Below, in pieces: positions 8,691 to 16,707 of a stretch of 64,000 bases of DNA (the stretch's first letter is position 1; every line of letters starts with the position of its first letter). This DNA comes from a virus. A program made the position numbers and the translations under genes. The stretch lies in the IMG/VR virus record IMGVR_UViG_3300045988_167582; one strand, written 5' to 3'. The notes under the pieces are model-generated. The model was not told where the DNA came from and did no database searches. It saw nothing but the letters and a program-made list of their open reading frames with translations.

Positions 8691-9899
8691 GTGATTTATC
8701 TTGATAATGCTGCAACAACTCAGATTACTCCTGCTGTGGTGGCAGCGATGTTGCCATACTTAACGGATAGCTACGGGAACGCAGGGTCTTTATACAAACT
8801 TGGACGAGATTCTGCTCTCGCTATAGAAAAAGCACGAGCGCAGGTTGCCGGTCTGATGGGTGCAAAGCCGGAACAGATTATTTTCACCTCCGGCGGAAGT
8901 GAGTCAAACAGCTTGGTATTTCATGGACTACGGGATTATCTGCCAAGAATCGGGAAGAAAACGGTGGTGGTTTCTGCTACCGAACATGACTCAGTTCTGA
9001 AGGCAGCAAATGCTCTTCGTATTCCGTTGTGTCGCAACACGGAAATGAATATAAAAGACGACTTTGATATTCGTTTTTTACGTGTTGACCCGTATGGCGA
9101 AGTCGTGCTTGACGACCTTGAAGAAATGCTTGTTTCCTCAGATGTCGGGCTGGTTTCTGTGATGTATGTGAACAATGAAACGGGCGCAATCAATAATGTA
9201 AGAGAAATCGGACGCCTTTGCAAAGAACATGGCGTGCTTTTTCATACCGACTGCGTTCAAGCTGCTGGATGCCATAAAATCGATGTGCGAGAAATGAAGT
9301 GTGATTTCGCCTCAATCTCGTCTCACAAAATTCATGGTTGCAAGGGCGTGGGCGCCTTGTTTGTCAAAGACAAGAATATCCTGTCTCCGATTATCTATGG
9401 AGGCACCGAACAAGAATATGGGTTGCGCGGAGGGACAGAAAATGTTGCAGGAATAGTCGGTTTTGGCGTGGCTGCGGAGATTGCTGCCACGCGGCAAGCG
9501 GAGACCTTAAGCACCGTTACATACTATAAAAAACGATTCTTCCAAAAGGTTTCCGATACACTCCGGAATAATCAAATGCGAGATATTCTAAAAGTCAACG
9601 GGCATTTGTCAAATGCCGGGAAGACACTGAATATCCGGTTTGACGATGTTGACGGTGAGACATTGGTTCTTATGTTGGATTCAAAGGGAATCTGCATTTC
9701 ATCCGGTTCTGCTTGCAGGAGCCACGAATCAGAACCAAGTCATGTCCTAAGAGCAATGGGATTAGAACCGGATGAGGCGAGAGACTCTGTACGAATCTCG
9801 TTTTCAGATTTTAACAGCATCTCTGAAATCGATAACGCTGCAGAAACCATAGCAGAGGTAGTAGTTTTCCTGCGGAAAGGCTTACAAAATGGAAATTAA
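8691..9899 (+). CDS. cysteine desulfurase (NifS/IscS class V aminotransferase)
   Basis: LDNAATT, SSHKIHGCKG (PLP lysine) and SSGSACRS (catalytic Cys) motifs. GTG start after AAGGGGG. Confidence 0.9.
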   Translation: MIYLDNAATTQITPAVVAAMLPYLTDSYGNAGSLYKLGRDSALAIEKARAQVAGLMGAKPEQIIFTSGGSESNSLVFHGLRDYLPRIGKKTVVVSATEHDSVLKAANALRIPLCRNTEMNIKDDFDIRFLRVDPYGEVVLDDLEEMLVSSDVGLVSVMYVNNETGAINNVREIGRLCKEHGVLFHTDCVQAAGCHKIDVREMKCDFASISSHKIHGCKGVGALFVKDKNILSPIIYGGTEQEYGLRGGTENVAGIVGFGVAAEIAATRQAETLSTVTYYKKRFFQKVSDTLRNNQMRDILKVNGHLSNAGKTLNIRFDDVDGETLVLMLDSKGICISSGSACRSHESEPSHVLRAMGLEPDEARDSVRISFSDFNSISEIDNAAETIAEVVVFLRKGLQNGN

Positions 9900-10101
9900 G
9901 TATCCAAAAGGCGAAATGGTATGGGTATCGTACTTCAATTCGCAAAAAGAAACGGTTTGCATATTGACAAGCAAACCGTCACGAGATTTCTACTACTTAT
10001 ATGAGGTTCTTTCGTCAGGAGAAGCGAAAAGGCTTGGAAAAGCTCGTTCTCCTACAGAACTTGAGGAAAAGTTTGATGTAAAGGCGCGGATGAGCCACTA
10101 A
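9889..10101 (+). CDS. hypothetical protein
   Basis: Overlaps the desulfurase 3' end. Weak SD. Confidence 0.35.
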   Translation: MEIKYPKGEMVWVSYFNSQKETVCILTSKPSRDFYYLYEVLSSGEAKRLGKARSPTELEEKFDVKARMSH

Positions 10102-10163
10102 TCATCTTGAAAATTTCGTAAAAATATGATATAATAAAATGTCAAGAAGGGTGTATGTGAAGC

Positions 10164-10568
10164 ATGAGTAAAAACGAAGATTACGGTTTTGATACAGAAT
10201 TTATGACCGATGAAGAGGTTGAACAGATGCTCGACTCTATCGTCACATCCGTTGGCGATGTGGCTTCTGACGATAATAGCAGGACTTCGGTTGTGAATGT
10301 ATATAAAATGCAGCAAGTGTTGTATGTATATAAAGTCATGAAATATCTGGCAAAAGGGCAAAAAGGCGTAAAGGTTGACTGCAAGCTTCATACTCCGTAT
10401 AACAGCATGGGGTATGTGAGTGTGGTTGGGAAGAAACTTGTTTTTCGCAAACCGGAATGGTTTATGAAAGCGGTCGAATTATCGAATAATTTCGAGGTGT
10501 ATCCTAAAACAAACGGAACCGTCCAGATGAATTTCACGTTTCATGGGCTTACGACACCGATTGAATAA
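10164..10568 (+). CDS. hypothetical protein
   Basis: ORF in a co-directional block. The C-terminal half resembles the next ORF. Confidence 0.45.
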   Translation: MSKNEDYGFDTEFMTDEEVEQMLDSIVTSVGDVASDDNSRTSVVNVYKMQQVLYVYKVMKYLAKGQKGVKVDCKLHTPYNSMGYVSVVGKKLVFRKPEWFMKAVELSNNFEVYPKTNGTVQMNFTFHGLTTPIE

Positions 10569-10582
10569 AGGAGGATAATGCT

Positions 10583-10939
10583 ATGGGTAGTTTTGTAAAA
10601 TGTTTTGACACGGTTTCAATGGTCGTAGATGAGGCAACATCTCAGTTCGCACCGATTTGGAAAGAAAATAAAGAAAGCAAAAGAATTTTAGCTCAGTATT
10701 GTGGGGTTATTGATTCTTTGTCAAATGAGTTCGGCGGAGAATCGTTCGAGGTTGATGTAGATGATGTTAAGATGACTATCACTATCAGATTAGAGTGTCA
10801 GGATATGACGCTGGAATCTCAAAAGCATAAGTACTATGACATTGCACAGAGAGCGTTGTCTTTTGGATTTTCGGTATCAGAGTCAGGGAATTTAGTCGTC
10901 GAATTTGTGTTCCCGAGTATTTGGGAAAGAGCTGTTTGA
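10583..10939 (+). CDS. hypothetical protein
   Basis: AAGGAGG SD. Confidence 0.5.
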   Translation: MGSFVKCFDTVSMVVDEATSQFAPIWKENKESKRILAQYCGVIDSLSNEFGGESFEVDVDDVKMTITIRLECQDMTLESQKHKYYDIAQRALSFGFSVSESGNLVVEFVFPSIWERAV

Positions 10940-10952
10940 TTGGAGGAATCCA

Positions 10953-11183
10953 ATGAACAATAAACGACGCGATGTTCTTAAACGTGCTTTGAATTTACTC
11001 GAAAATGCGTCAGAACTCGTCAATCGGGTTCTTGATGAAGAACAGGACAGTCTTGATAACACACCGGAAAATTTGATGGAAAGCGACCAGTATCAAAAAA
11101 GAGAGACTGCCGTCGATAGACTTGAAGAGGCTATTGAACAGATAGAGGAAGCGAAGAATAGCGTAGAGGCAGCGGCAGAATAG
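10953..11183 (+). CDS. hypothetical helical acidic protein
   Basis: GGAGGA SD before ATG 10953. DEEQDSLDNTPENL motif. Confidence 0.5.
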   Translation: MNNKRRDVLKRALNLLENASELVNRVLDEEQDSLDNTPENLMESDQYQKRETAVDRLEEAIEQIEEAKNSVEAAAE

Positions 11184-11195
11184 GGGGAGGTTATT

Positions 11196-11912
11196 ATGTT
11201 TGAGTTTTTTATTGCTCTGTTTGGAGGCTCTTTTTTGGGAGCTAAACTTCATTCAGAGAAGAAGCAACTGAAAGAATTCGATAAGAAACAAGCTGTCATA
11301 AAAGATGCTTACGACTCCGGCGTACAAGCTTGGGAAGCATCTGTAGTTGACAGAAATCTCGAGGACGAATTAACAGAGCGTCTGAATAGCGATATAGAAT
11401 TCAAACAGGCTGCGATTCAGGAAATGCAAGAAGAGCTTGGTGATGACATCCCAGAAACATTGGGTTATCCTACTCCTCGTTCGGCTGTGCTTAGATATTT
11501 GCTTGCAAAGAAAGGAAAATTACTTTCCGCCGATGCTTCGCAATTTGGGATTCGAGTTGTTGCGCCTCAGCCTCACGACAGCAAAGACAAGGCGCGATGG
11601 AAGCAGGAAGTAAAATTTGTTCGTTGGATGGGCTCTAAAATTAAAGATTTTGTTCCTGATGCAACTTTAATGTTTAAGAGCGCTGGGGGTTTTGACAGCA
11701 AACCTCTTTCGGCTAACGCCATCTCTGACTATGACGGCGGAGATTTCTTCTGGGACGTATCTTCTTATGTAACCTACGGCAGTAAGTTTGAACCGACGCA
11801 GGAACAGAAAGAAAAAGAAGCAAGTCTGTCTAACGCCTGTGGGATTTTTGCAGGAATTCTTATTTTGATTTTTGCCTTTGTTATCGCCGTTCTTGCTATT
11901 AAAAGCATTTAA
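11196..11912 (+). CDS. hypothetical protein with C-terminal membrane anchor
   Basis: GGGGGAGG SD. The C-terminus GIFAGILILIFAFVIAVLAI is hydrophobic. Confidence 0.5.
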   Translation: MFEFFIALFGGSFLGAKLHSEKKQLKEFDKKQAVIKDAYDSGVQAWEASVVDRNLEDELTERLNSDIEFKQAAIQEMQEELGDDIPETLGYPTPRSAVLRYLLAKKGKLLSADASQFGIRVVAPQPHDSKDKARWKQEVKFVRWMGSKIKDFVPDATLMFKSAGGFDSKPLSANAISDYDGGDFFWDVSSYVTYGSKFEPTQEQKEKEASLSNACGIFAGILILIFAFVIAVLAIKSI

Positions 11913-12712
11913 TCAAATAAATAATCCGGCAAATCCACTTTGTACCCCAGTAGCACTCTGCCATAGCAGCGGACTTCCGATACGCTATCAGCGCTAACGA
12001 AAACATTCGTGTTTTTTAGCCTCGGGTTTGCAGAAACAAGAGTCAGATTCCTCTTATCATCAACATAGTATTGCTTGCAATATATTGCACCATCAACACA
12101 AAAAATACCAACATCTCCGACAGATAAGTCGCAGTCCTTTTTGACGTAGACAGTGTCGCCATCGTGAATATAGGGTGACATACTGTTGCCTTGAATTCCA
12201 ACAGCAAAGTCTGCGTCGGCAGGGACTGTATCGTCCACGAGAATCATTTCAAAATCATCACCGTCCAAAGGCACGGAATAACCAGCAGCTGACGGCGTTG
12301 AGTATCTCGGGATATATCTGCTCGGGGATTTTCCCTTTTCAAGTGAGACAATCGGCTCGGTGATATTGGAAACTTTAGTTTCGGATTCAACACGGGATTT
12401 TTCCAAGAGGCAGAGGGTTTCTACAGCCTTACGACCATGACGGTCAAGCATTCTATAATTAGACAACAGTATGGATTCTTGCTTGTTAAGCAAAATCGGT
12501 TCCTTTTTAGGTTCGCCACTTATGCCGAGAAGGTAGTCTGTCGAAACACCAAATAACGAAGCCAGAGCAATAATAGCTTTCATGGAAGGGGCTTTAGTAC
12601 CGCTTTCCCAACATCTTACACTTACTTCGGACACACCAAGCCTTTGACTTACATATTTTTGAGTAAGATTTTTTTCAAATCGCAATGAACGAATTCTACT
12701 GCTGAGTTCCAT
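11909..12712 (-). CDS. CI/LexA-type repressor (XRE HTH + S24 self-cleaving peptidase)
   Basis: N-terminal HTH (LTQKYVSQRLGVSEVSVRCWESG), a candidate Ala-Gly cleavage site (PSAAGYS), GNSMSP (Ser) and YCKQY (Lys). GGAGGA SD. Confidence 0.85.
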   Translation of the reverse strand: MELSSRIRSLRFEKNLTQKYVSQRLGVSEVSVRCWESGTKAPSMKAIIALASLFGVSTDYLLGISGEPKKEPILLNKQESILLSNYRMLDRHGRKAVETLCLLEKSRVESETKVSNITEPIVSLEKGKSPSRYIPRYSTPSAAGYSVPLDGDDFEMILVDDTVPADADFAVGIQGNSMSPYIHDGDTVYVKKDCDLSVGDVGIFCVDGAIYCKQYYVDDKRNLTLVSANPRLKNTNVFVSADSVSEVRCYGRVLLGYKVDLPDYLFD

Positions 12713-12750
12713 GATTTATCCTCCAGAGACGATTTTCTTTTAATGGGTGG

Positions 12751-12779
12751 TTGACACCCGGGAAGTTTCGTGGTATTAT
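12751..12779 (+). promoter_or_regulatory. rightward early promoter
   Basis: TTGACA, 17 nt spacer, TATTAT. Confidence 0.6.
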
Positions 12780-12788
12780 TAAGACCGA

Positions 12789-12830
12789 AACAAAAGTTTA
12801 GCATAGACATGATAACACGAACAAAAGTTT
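12789..12830. promoter_or_regulatory. two copies of the 11-mer AACAAAAGTTT (candidate operators)
   Basis: Copies at 12789-12799 and 12820-12830, 31 bp apart. One lies at the two predicted transcription starts and one in the spacer of the leftward promoter. Confidence 0.45.
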
Positions 12831-12837
12831 TTGTCAA
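12809..12837 (-). promoter_or_regulatory. leftward promoter for the repressor
   Basis: On the minus strand: TTGACA (12837-12832), 17 nt spacer, TATCAT (12814-12809). Confidence 0.6.
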
Positions 12838-12865
12838 GTGTTATTGCCAAAGTACACAGCGGTAA

Positions 12866-12998
12866 AAAGAAAACACCCCATTCGAAGATGGGGTGCCGGA
12901 ACGCACCACAAAGCGACCAAACAATGTGATGCAACCACAACAGAGTCGTAGTGTTATCTACAACCCGGATAGGTTGAATAACCACAAACCACCTATCC
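12866..12998 (-). ncRNA. candidate ~130-nt antisense small RNA
   Basis: Own promoter (13005-13033), a 5' hairpin GGATAGGT/ACCTATCC (12967-12998), and a 3' hairpin CACCCCAT/ATGGGGTG (12874-12895) followed by TTTTCTTTTT on the minus strand. Confidence 0.4.
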
Positions 12999-13004
12999 TA
13001 TTGT

Positions 13005-13033
13005 AGTATACCACAAAGATTTGAAAAAATCAA
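13005..13033 (-). promoter_or_regulatory. promoter of the candidate sRNA
   Basis: On the minus strand: TTGATT, 17 nt spacer, TGgTATACT (extended -10). Confidence 0.45.
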
Positions 13034-13050
13034 TGGAGGAGTATCTACAA

Positions 13051-13365
13051 ATGCAGAAAATATCTCTTAGCGAGTTCAGCAAGTGCTGTTCCGCACAATC
13101 ATACACAAGATTCATTTTATCTACGGATAATCAAGCTTGGGATAAAATTGATAACACGATGCGTATGGAATTTGAATTTAACTCTATTAGTGTCAGTTAT
13201 AATCCAAATATAATTAGGTTGAGTCTCGGCAGTAATTATATGAGTTTTGAAAGAGTAAAATACATAAAAATCGAGGAATCTTCGATTCTCGGTATGGTAT
13301 ATACTATCGTTTGCGGTAATCCAATAGTCAAAAGCGATGATTTTTATACCATCATAGCCCGCTGA
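13051..13365 (+). CDS. hypothetical first early protein
   Basis: GGAGGAG SD 8 nt before ATG 13051, so the ORF-track TTG 13021 is unlikely. No clear HTH. Confidence 0.5.
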   Translation: MQKISLSEFSKCCSAQSYTRFILSTDNQAWDKIDNTMRMEFEFNSISVSYNPNIIRLSLGSNYMSFERVKYIKIEESSILGMVYTIVCGNPIVKSDDFYTIIAR

Positions 13366-13395
13366 ATAATTTTTGAAGTAAATTTTATAATTATC

Positions 13396-13424
13396 TTGAC
13401 AAAGAAGATTTTTTGTGCTATACT
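13396..13424 (+). promoter_or_regulatory. near-consensus promoter in front of the MazF-like gene
   Basis: TTGACA, 17 nt spacer, TGcTATACT (extended -10). Confidence 0.6.
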
Positions 13425-13442
13425 GTTGCCGTAAGATGAACT

Positions 13443-13895
13443 ATGGCGAAAGGATGTGGCACCTTGAGTCTCCCTACTATCAGCGGCAGACAGCCCCAAA
13501 TCGGGGATATTTACTTAATGCACTTCGGAGGAAGCGGAAATGAACAAAAAGGCTGGAGACCCGGATTGGTATTTCAAAACAATCTGGGAAATCGGTATAG
13601 CCCTAATATAATAGCATTACCCTTAACGAGTGCAATTAAAAAATCAAACCAACCAACCCATGTATTTATTCCGTCAAGAGACACTGGGCTTGTAAAAGAC
13701 AGTATGGTTCTTTGCGAAAATCCTGAATGTATGTCAAAGGAGAGAATCGGAAACTACCTTACGACTTTACCGAAAGAATACATGAGCAAAATTGCGATTG
13801 CTAATTTATTGGCTTCATCAGCGTTGTCTTATATCGACCCAGATATACTCCTTGCAGTTTGGCAGAAGGCGTTAGCATTAAATGCGATAGCCTAA
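13443..13895 (+). CDS. MazF/PemK-family endoribonuclease-like toxin with a ~40-aa C-terminal extension
   Basis: GDIYLMHFGGSGNEQKGWRPGLVFQNN...IIALPLTS...THVFIP...SMVLCENPECMSKERI follows the PemK/MazF pattern. Confidence 0.7.
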   Translation: MAKGCGTLSLPTISGRQPQIGDIYLMHFGGSGNEQKGWRPGLVFQNNLGNRYSPNIIALPLTSAIKKSNQPTHVFIPSRDTGLVKDSMVLCENPECMSKERIGNYLTTLPKEYMSKIAIANLLASSALSYIDPDILLAVWQKALALNAIA

Positions 13896-13917
13896 TACAT
13901 AGAAGGAGGTTAAGGCT

Positions 13918-14868
13918 ATGTATAACGAAGAATTAAAAGCACGATTTGTTCATGGATATACAAAAAGTATTTCGACTGCAAAGTTGTGCGAAACAATTTT
14001 TAACGCCATTGAACCATATGAAGTCCAGTGGGGCGCAGATATGTGTACCAGAAGCGCAGAGGAACTGCAGCCGGTAATTGAAAATATCACAGGGTTTCGT
14101 CTGAAAAGCAAGTGGAGTCGAATTATTATCCTAAAAGATTACGTGAAGTGGTGTATGACCGTTGCAAATGTCCCGAATGCTTGTGACGGAATGCTTCAAG
14201 TCAATTCTGCTGGGCTTGACAAAATCAGGCGGCAAATGGTAGCGAGTCCACTACATCTTCAAAAATATCTTGACCAATTATACGACAATGAATCCATGCA
14301 TACAACTGATAACATTTATCGTTGTTATTATTGGCTTGCGTATGGCGGTGTAGCAGAAGAGGATATCATCAAGATTAAATGCAAAGATATCGATTTCTCA
14401 AATATGGTTGTTCATTACAACGGGACGGAAGTGCCGATATATCGGGAAGCAATACAGGCTTTTAAAAATTGCGTAGAATTAACGCAGTTTGTTTATAACC
14501 ATCCCAACTATAACAAGACTGTTTGGAAAGATAGGGCAGAAGGAGATACCGTTGTCCGAGGTATTCGTTCAACGGCGTCTGTAAAATATCTTCGTGTTGA
14601 GCTATCCAGAAAGGCAAAATCGAAGGAAGAGCAGACTGGAATTCGCTTAAGTTACTACAGGGCATGGCTTTCAGGGATTTTTTATCGAGCTTACGAGCGA
14701 GAGGCTGTTGGAGAGACGCCGAATTTCAGGGCGGTTGCTTCAGCTCATATGGATGGTAGGGTTTATAAACTCGACAGCGGCAGAAATACTGAGGAAGCAA
14801 AAAAAAGACAGCTTGCAAAAGACTATATGAGCGACTATCAAAGATGGAAACTTGCATTTAAGATTTAG
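13918..14868 (+). CDS. hypothetical; possibly a tyrosine-recombinase-fold regulator (MrpR/YopR-like) lacking a catalytic motif
   Basis: GAAGGAGG SD 23 nt after the mazF-like stop. The N-terminus resembles a core-binding (SAM-like) domain. No HxxR...Y catalytic signature is seen. Assignment is from memory only. Confidence 0.3.
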   Translation: MYNEELKARFVHGYTKSISTAKLCETIFNAIEPYEVQWGADMCTRSAEELQPVIENITGFRLKSKWSRIIILKDYVKWCMTVANVPNACDGMLQVNSAGLDKIRRQMVASPLHLQKYLDQLYDNESMHTTDNIYRCYYWLAYGGVAEEDIIKIKCKDIDFSNMVVHYNGTEVPIYREAIQAFKNCVELTQFVYNHPNYNKTVWKDRAEGDTVVRGIRSTASVKYLRVELSRKAKSKEEQTGIRLSYYRAWLSGIFYRAYEREAVGETPNFRAVASAHMDGRVYKLDSGRNTEEAKKRQLAKDYMSDYQRWKLAFKI

Positions 14869-14878
14869 TTTCAAAAAT

Positions 14879-14910
14879 GAGAACACCCGTGTTACGGGTT
14901 TCTCTTTACA
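14879..14910 (+). terminator. hairpin with a short T tract after the 316-aa gene
   Basis: GAGAACACCCG-tgtta-CGGGTTTCTC followed by TTTACAT. Confidence 0.4.
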
Positions 14911-14941
14911 TATATCAACCTAATTAGAAAAACTGCAATAT

Positions 14942-15016
14942 TGAGGTGTAGCCAAGCGGTAAGGCACAGGACTTTGACTCCTGCATTCGTCAGTTCAAAT
15001 CTGACCATCTCAGCCA
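14942..15016 (+). tRNA. tRNA-Gln (anticodon UUG) with genomically encoded CCA
   Basis: Hand-folded cloverleaf. Acceptor TGAGGTG/CATCTCA, anticodon arm CAGGA-CTTTGAC-TCCTG (TTG at 14974-14976), T arm GTCAG-TTCAAAT-CTGAC, discriminator G, then CCA. Confidence 0.85.
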
Positions 15017-15056
15017 AGGCGAAAGCCTAAAAATCTTTAGTGAAAGGAGAATTCGG

Positions 15057-15617
15057 ATGGATAACAAAGAACGGTTTGTTTCTTTGTGCAGTACAGTTAA
15101 CCGAGAGGGTATGGCAGAGTTAATGAAGTGGCTTGATGATAATGACTTCTACACTTGCCCTGCAAGCAGCAGATTTCATGGCGCGTATCCCGGCGGGTTA
15201 TTAGAACACTCGCTGAATGTTTATGATGAGTTAAAACGACTTTTGAGTGTGTATCCGGAAATCAAGGTTTCCGAAGATAGTGTAGTCGTCGCAGCTCTGT
15301 TTCACGACCTCTGTAAGGTGAATATGTATGCTACGGAGAAAAGAAATCGAAAAAATGAAAACGGTCAATGGGAAAGCTATGACGCATACACGATTAAGGA
15401 GAAGTTTTGCTATGGCGGACATGGCAGCAAGTCGATTTTTCTCGTCCAGCACTTTATTAAGCTTACTCCAGAAGAAGCTGTGGCAATCAATGCTCATATG
15501 AGTTGCTGGGATGGTAACACAAGTGTCGGAAACGCATACGAGCAATTCCCGTTTGCATGGTTACTTCATGTAGCTGACGAGTCAGCGACCTATATCAAGG
15601 AGGGAAAGGTAAACTAA
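15057..15617 (+). CDS. HD-domain phosphohydrolase
   Basis: SSRFHGAYPGGLLEHS and AALFHDLCK motifs. Confidence 0.7.
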   Translation: MDNKERFVSLCSTVNREGMAELMKWLDDNDFYTCPASSRFHGAYPGGLLEHSLNVYDELKRLLSVYPEIKVSEDSVVVAALFHDLCKVNMYATEKRNRKNENGQWESYDAYTIKEKFCYGGHGSKSIFLVQHFIKLTPEEAVAINAHMSCWDGNTSVGNAYEQFPFAWLLHVADESATYIKEGKVN

Positions 15618-16312
15618 TGGCAGGACAGTTAAATCTGGTTCAGAAACTTGCGAAAATTCGAGCAATTTCTGATGTGGTATCCAAAGAAAAGCGTGGCTAC
15701 AACTACACATATGCGGATATTACGACCATTCTGGCGAATATTACAGCCGGAATGAAGAAGTATGGCGTGTCGTTAATCCCGTCGGTTGTACCGGGAACGG
15801 CAGAGGTTTCTCAGAATGTGGTTACAAACACGAAGTTTGATAAGACCGGCAAGGCTTATGATAATACCGCGACAGAGATGTTGGTAAAGGCAGAAATGGT
15901 TTTCAAATGGGTAAACGATGAGAACCCAGAGGAATTTATTGAGGTTCCGTGGTTTGTAACTGGTTCACAGACAGACCCCTCGCAAGCATTTGGTTCCGGA
16001 CTGACCTATTGTACGAGATATTTTCTCTGCAATTATTTTCAGATTGCGCAGTCGGATTCAGATGTTGATACATATCGCAGCAAACAGAAAGCTGCAGAAG
16101 AGTCTGAGGAAAAGGCTATCGCCGAAGAAATCATCAATGGTTTTGATATGCTTGTAAAACAGTTTCTTGCGGACAACTCCGATAAGGTCGATGAGGTTAA
16201 AAAGTTTATTTCCAAATACGCTAAGAACGCTAATTACCTTGCTATCAAAGAGCCGATGCTTGCGTCTAAGCTACTTGCTGATTTCAAGGCAAAATACAAA
16301 GTGGAGGGTTGA
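15617..16312 (+). CDS. erf: ERF-family single-strand annealing protein
   Basis: LVQKLAKIRAISDVVSKEKRGYNYTYADITTILANI is typical of the ERF N-terminus. Adjacent to SSB. Confidence 0.6.
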   Translation: MAGQLNLVQKLAKIRAISDVVSKEKRGYNYTYADITTILANITAGMKKYGVSLIPSVVPGTAEVSQNVVTNTKFDKTGKAYDNTATEMLVKAEMVFKWVNDENPEEFIEVPWFVTGSQTDPSQAFGSGLTYCTRYFLCNYFQIAQSDSDVDTYRSKQKAAEESEEKAIAEEIINGFDMLVKQFLADNSDKVDEVKKFISKYAKNANYLAIKEPMLASKLLADFKAKYKVEG

Positions 16313-16314
16313 TT

Positions 16315-16698
16315 ATGGGTTTTCGTAAAGAGGCATTTGCAACAATTTGGTCAGTAGAGTCCACATCGGATACGCTTACTAAGGCAAGGATTTCTATCAG
16401 TCGTAAGAACAAGCAGACCGGTGAATACGATACCGACTTCAGTGGTTTTGTAAGTTTCGTTGGTACTGCAGCGGCAATAAAGGCTGCTGGTCTTAAAGAA
16501 AAAGACCGTATTCGTCTCGGAGATGTGGATGTTACTAACAAGTATGTCAAAGAGAAGAACATCACCTATACAAACTACAAGATTTTCAGTTTTGCAACGC
16601 AGAATGAGATTGATGGAACGTCGAGAAATACTGAATCTCCTGAGCCGAAGAAACCGGTTGACGACGGTGAGATTGACGACGACCGCCTGCCATTTTAG
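16315..16698 (+). CDS. ssb: single-stranded DNA-binding protein
   Basis: OB-fold-sized protein ending in the acidic tail DDGEIDDDRLPF. Confidence 0.7.
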   Translation: MGFRKEAFATIWSVESTSDTLTKARISISRKNKQTGEYDTDFSGFVSFVGTAAAIKAAGLKEKDRIRLGDVDVTNKYVKEKNITYTNYKIFSFATQNEIDGTSRNTESPEPKKPVDDGEIDDDRLPF

Positions 16699-16707
16699 GG
16701 GTGCTGT

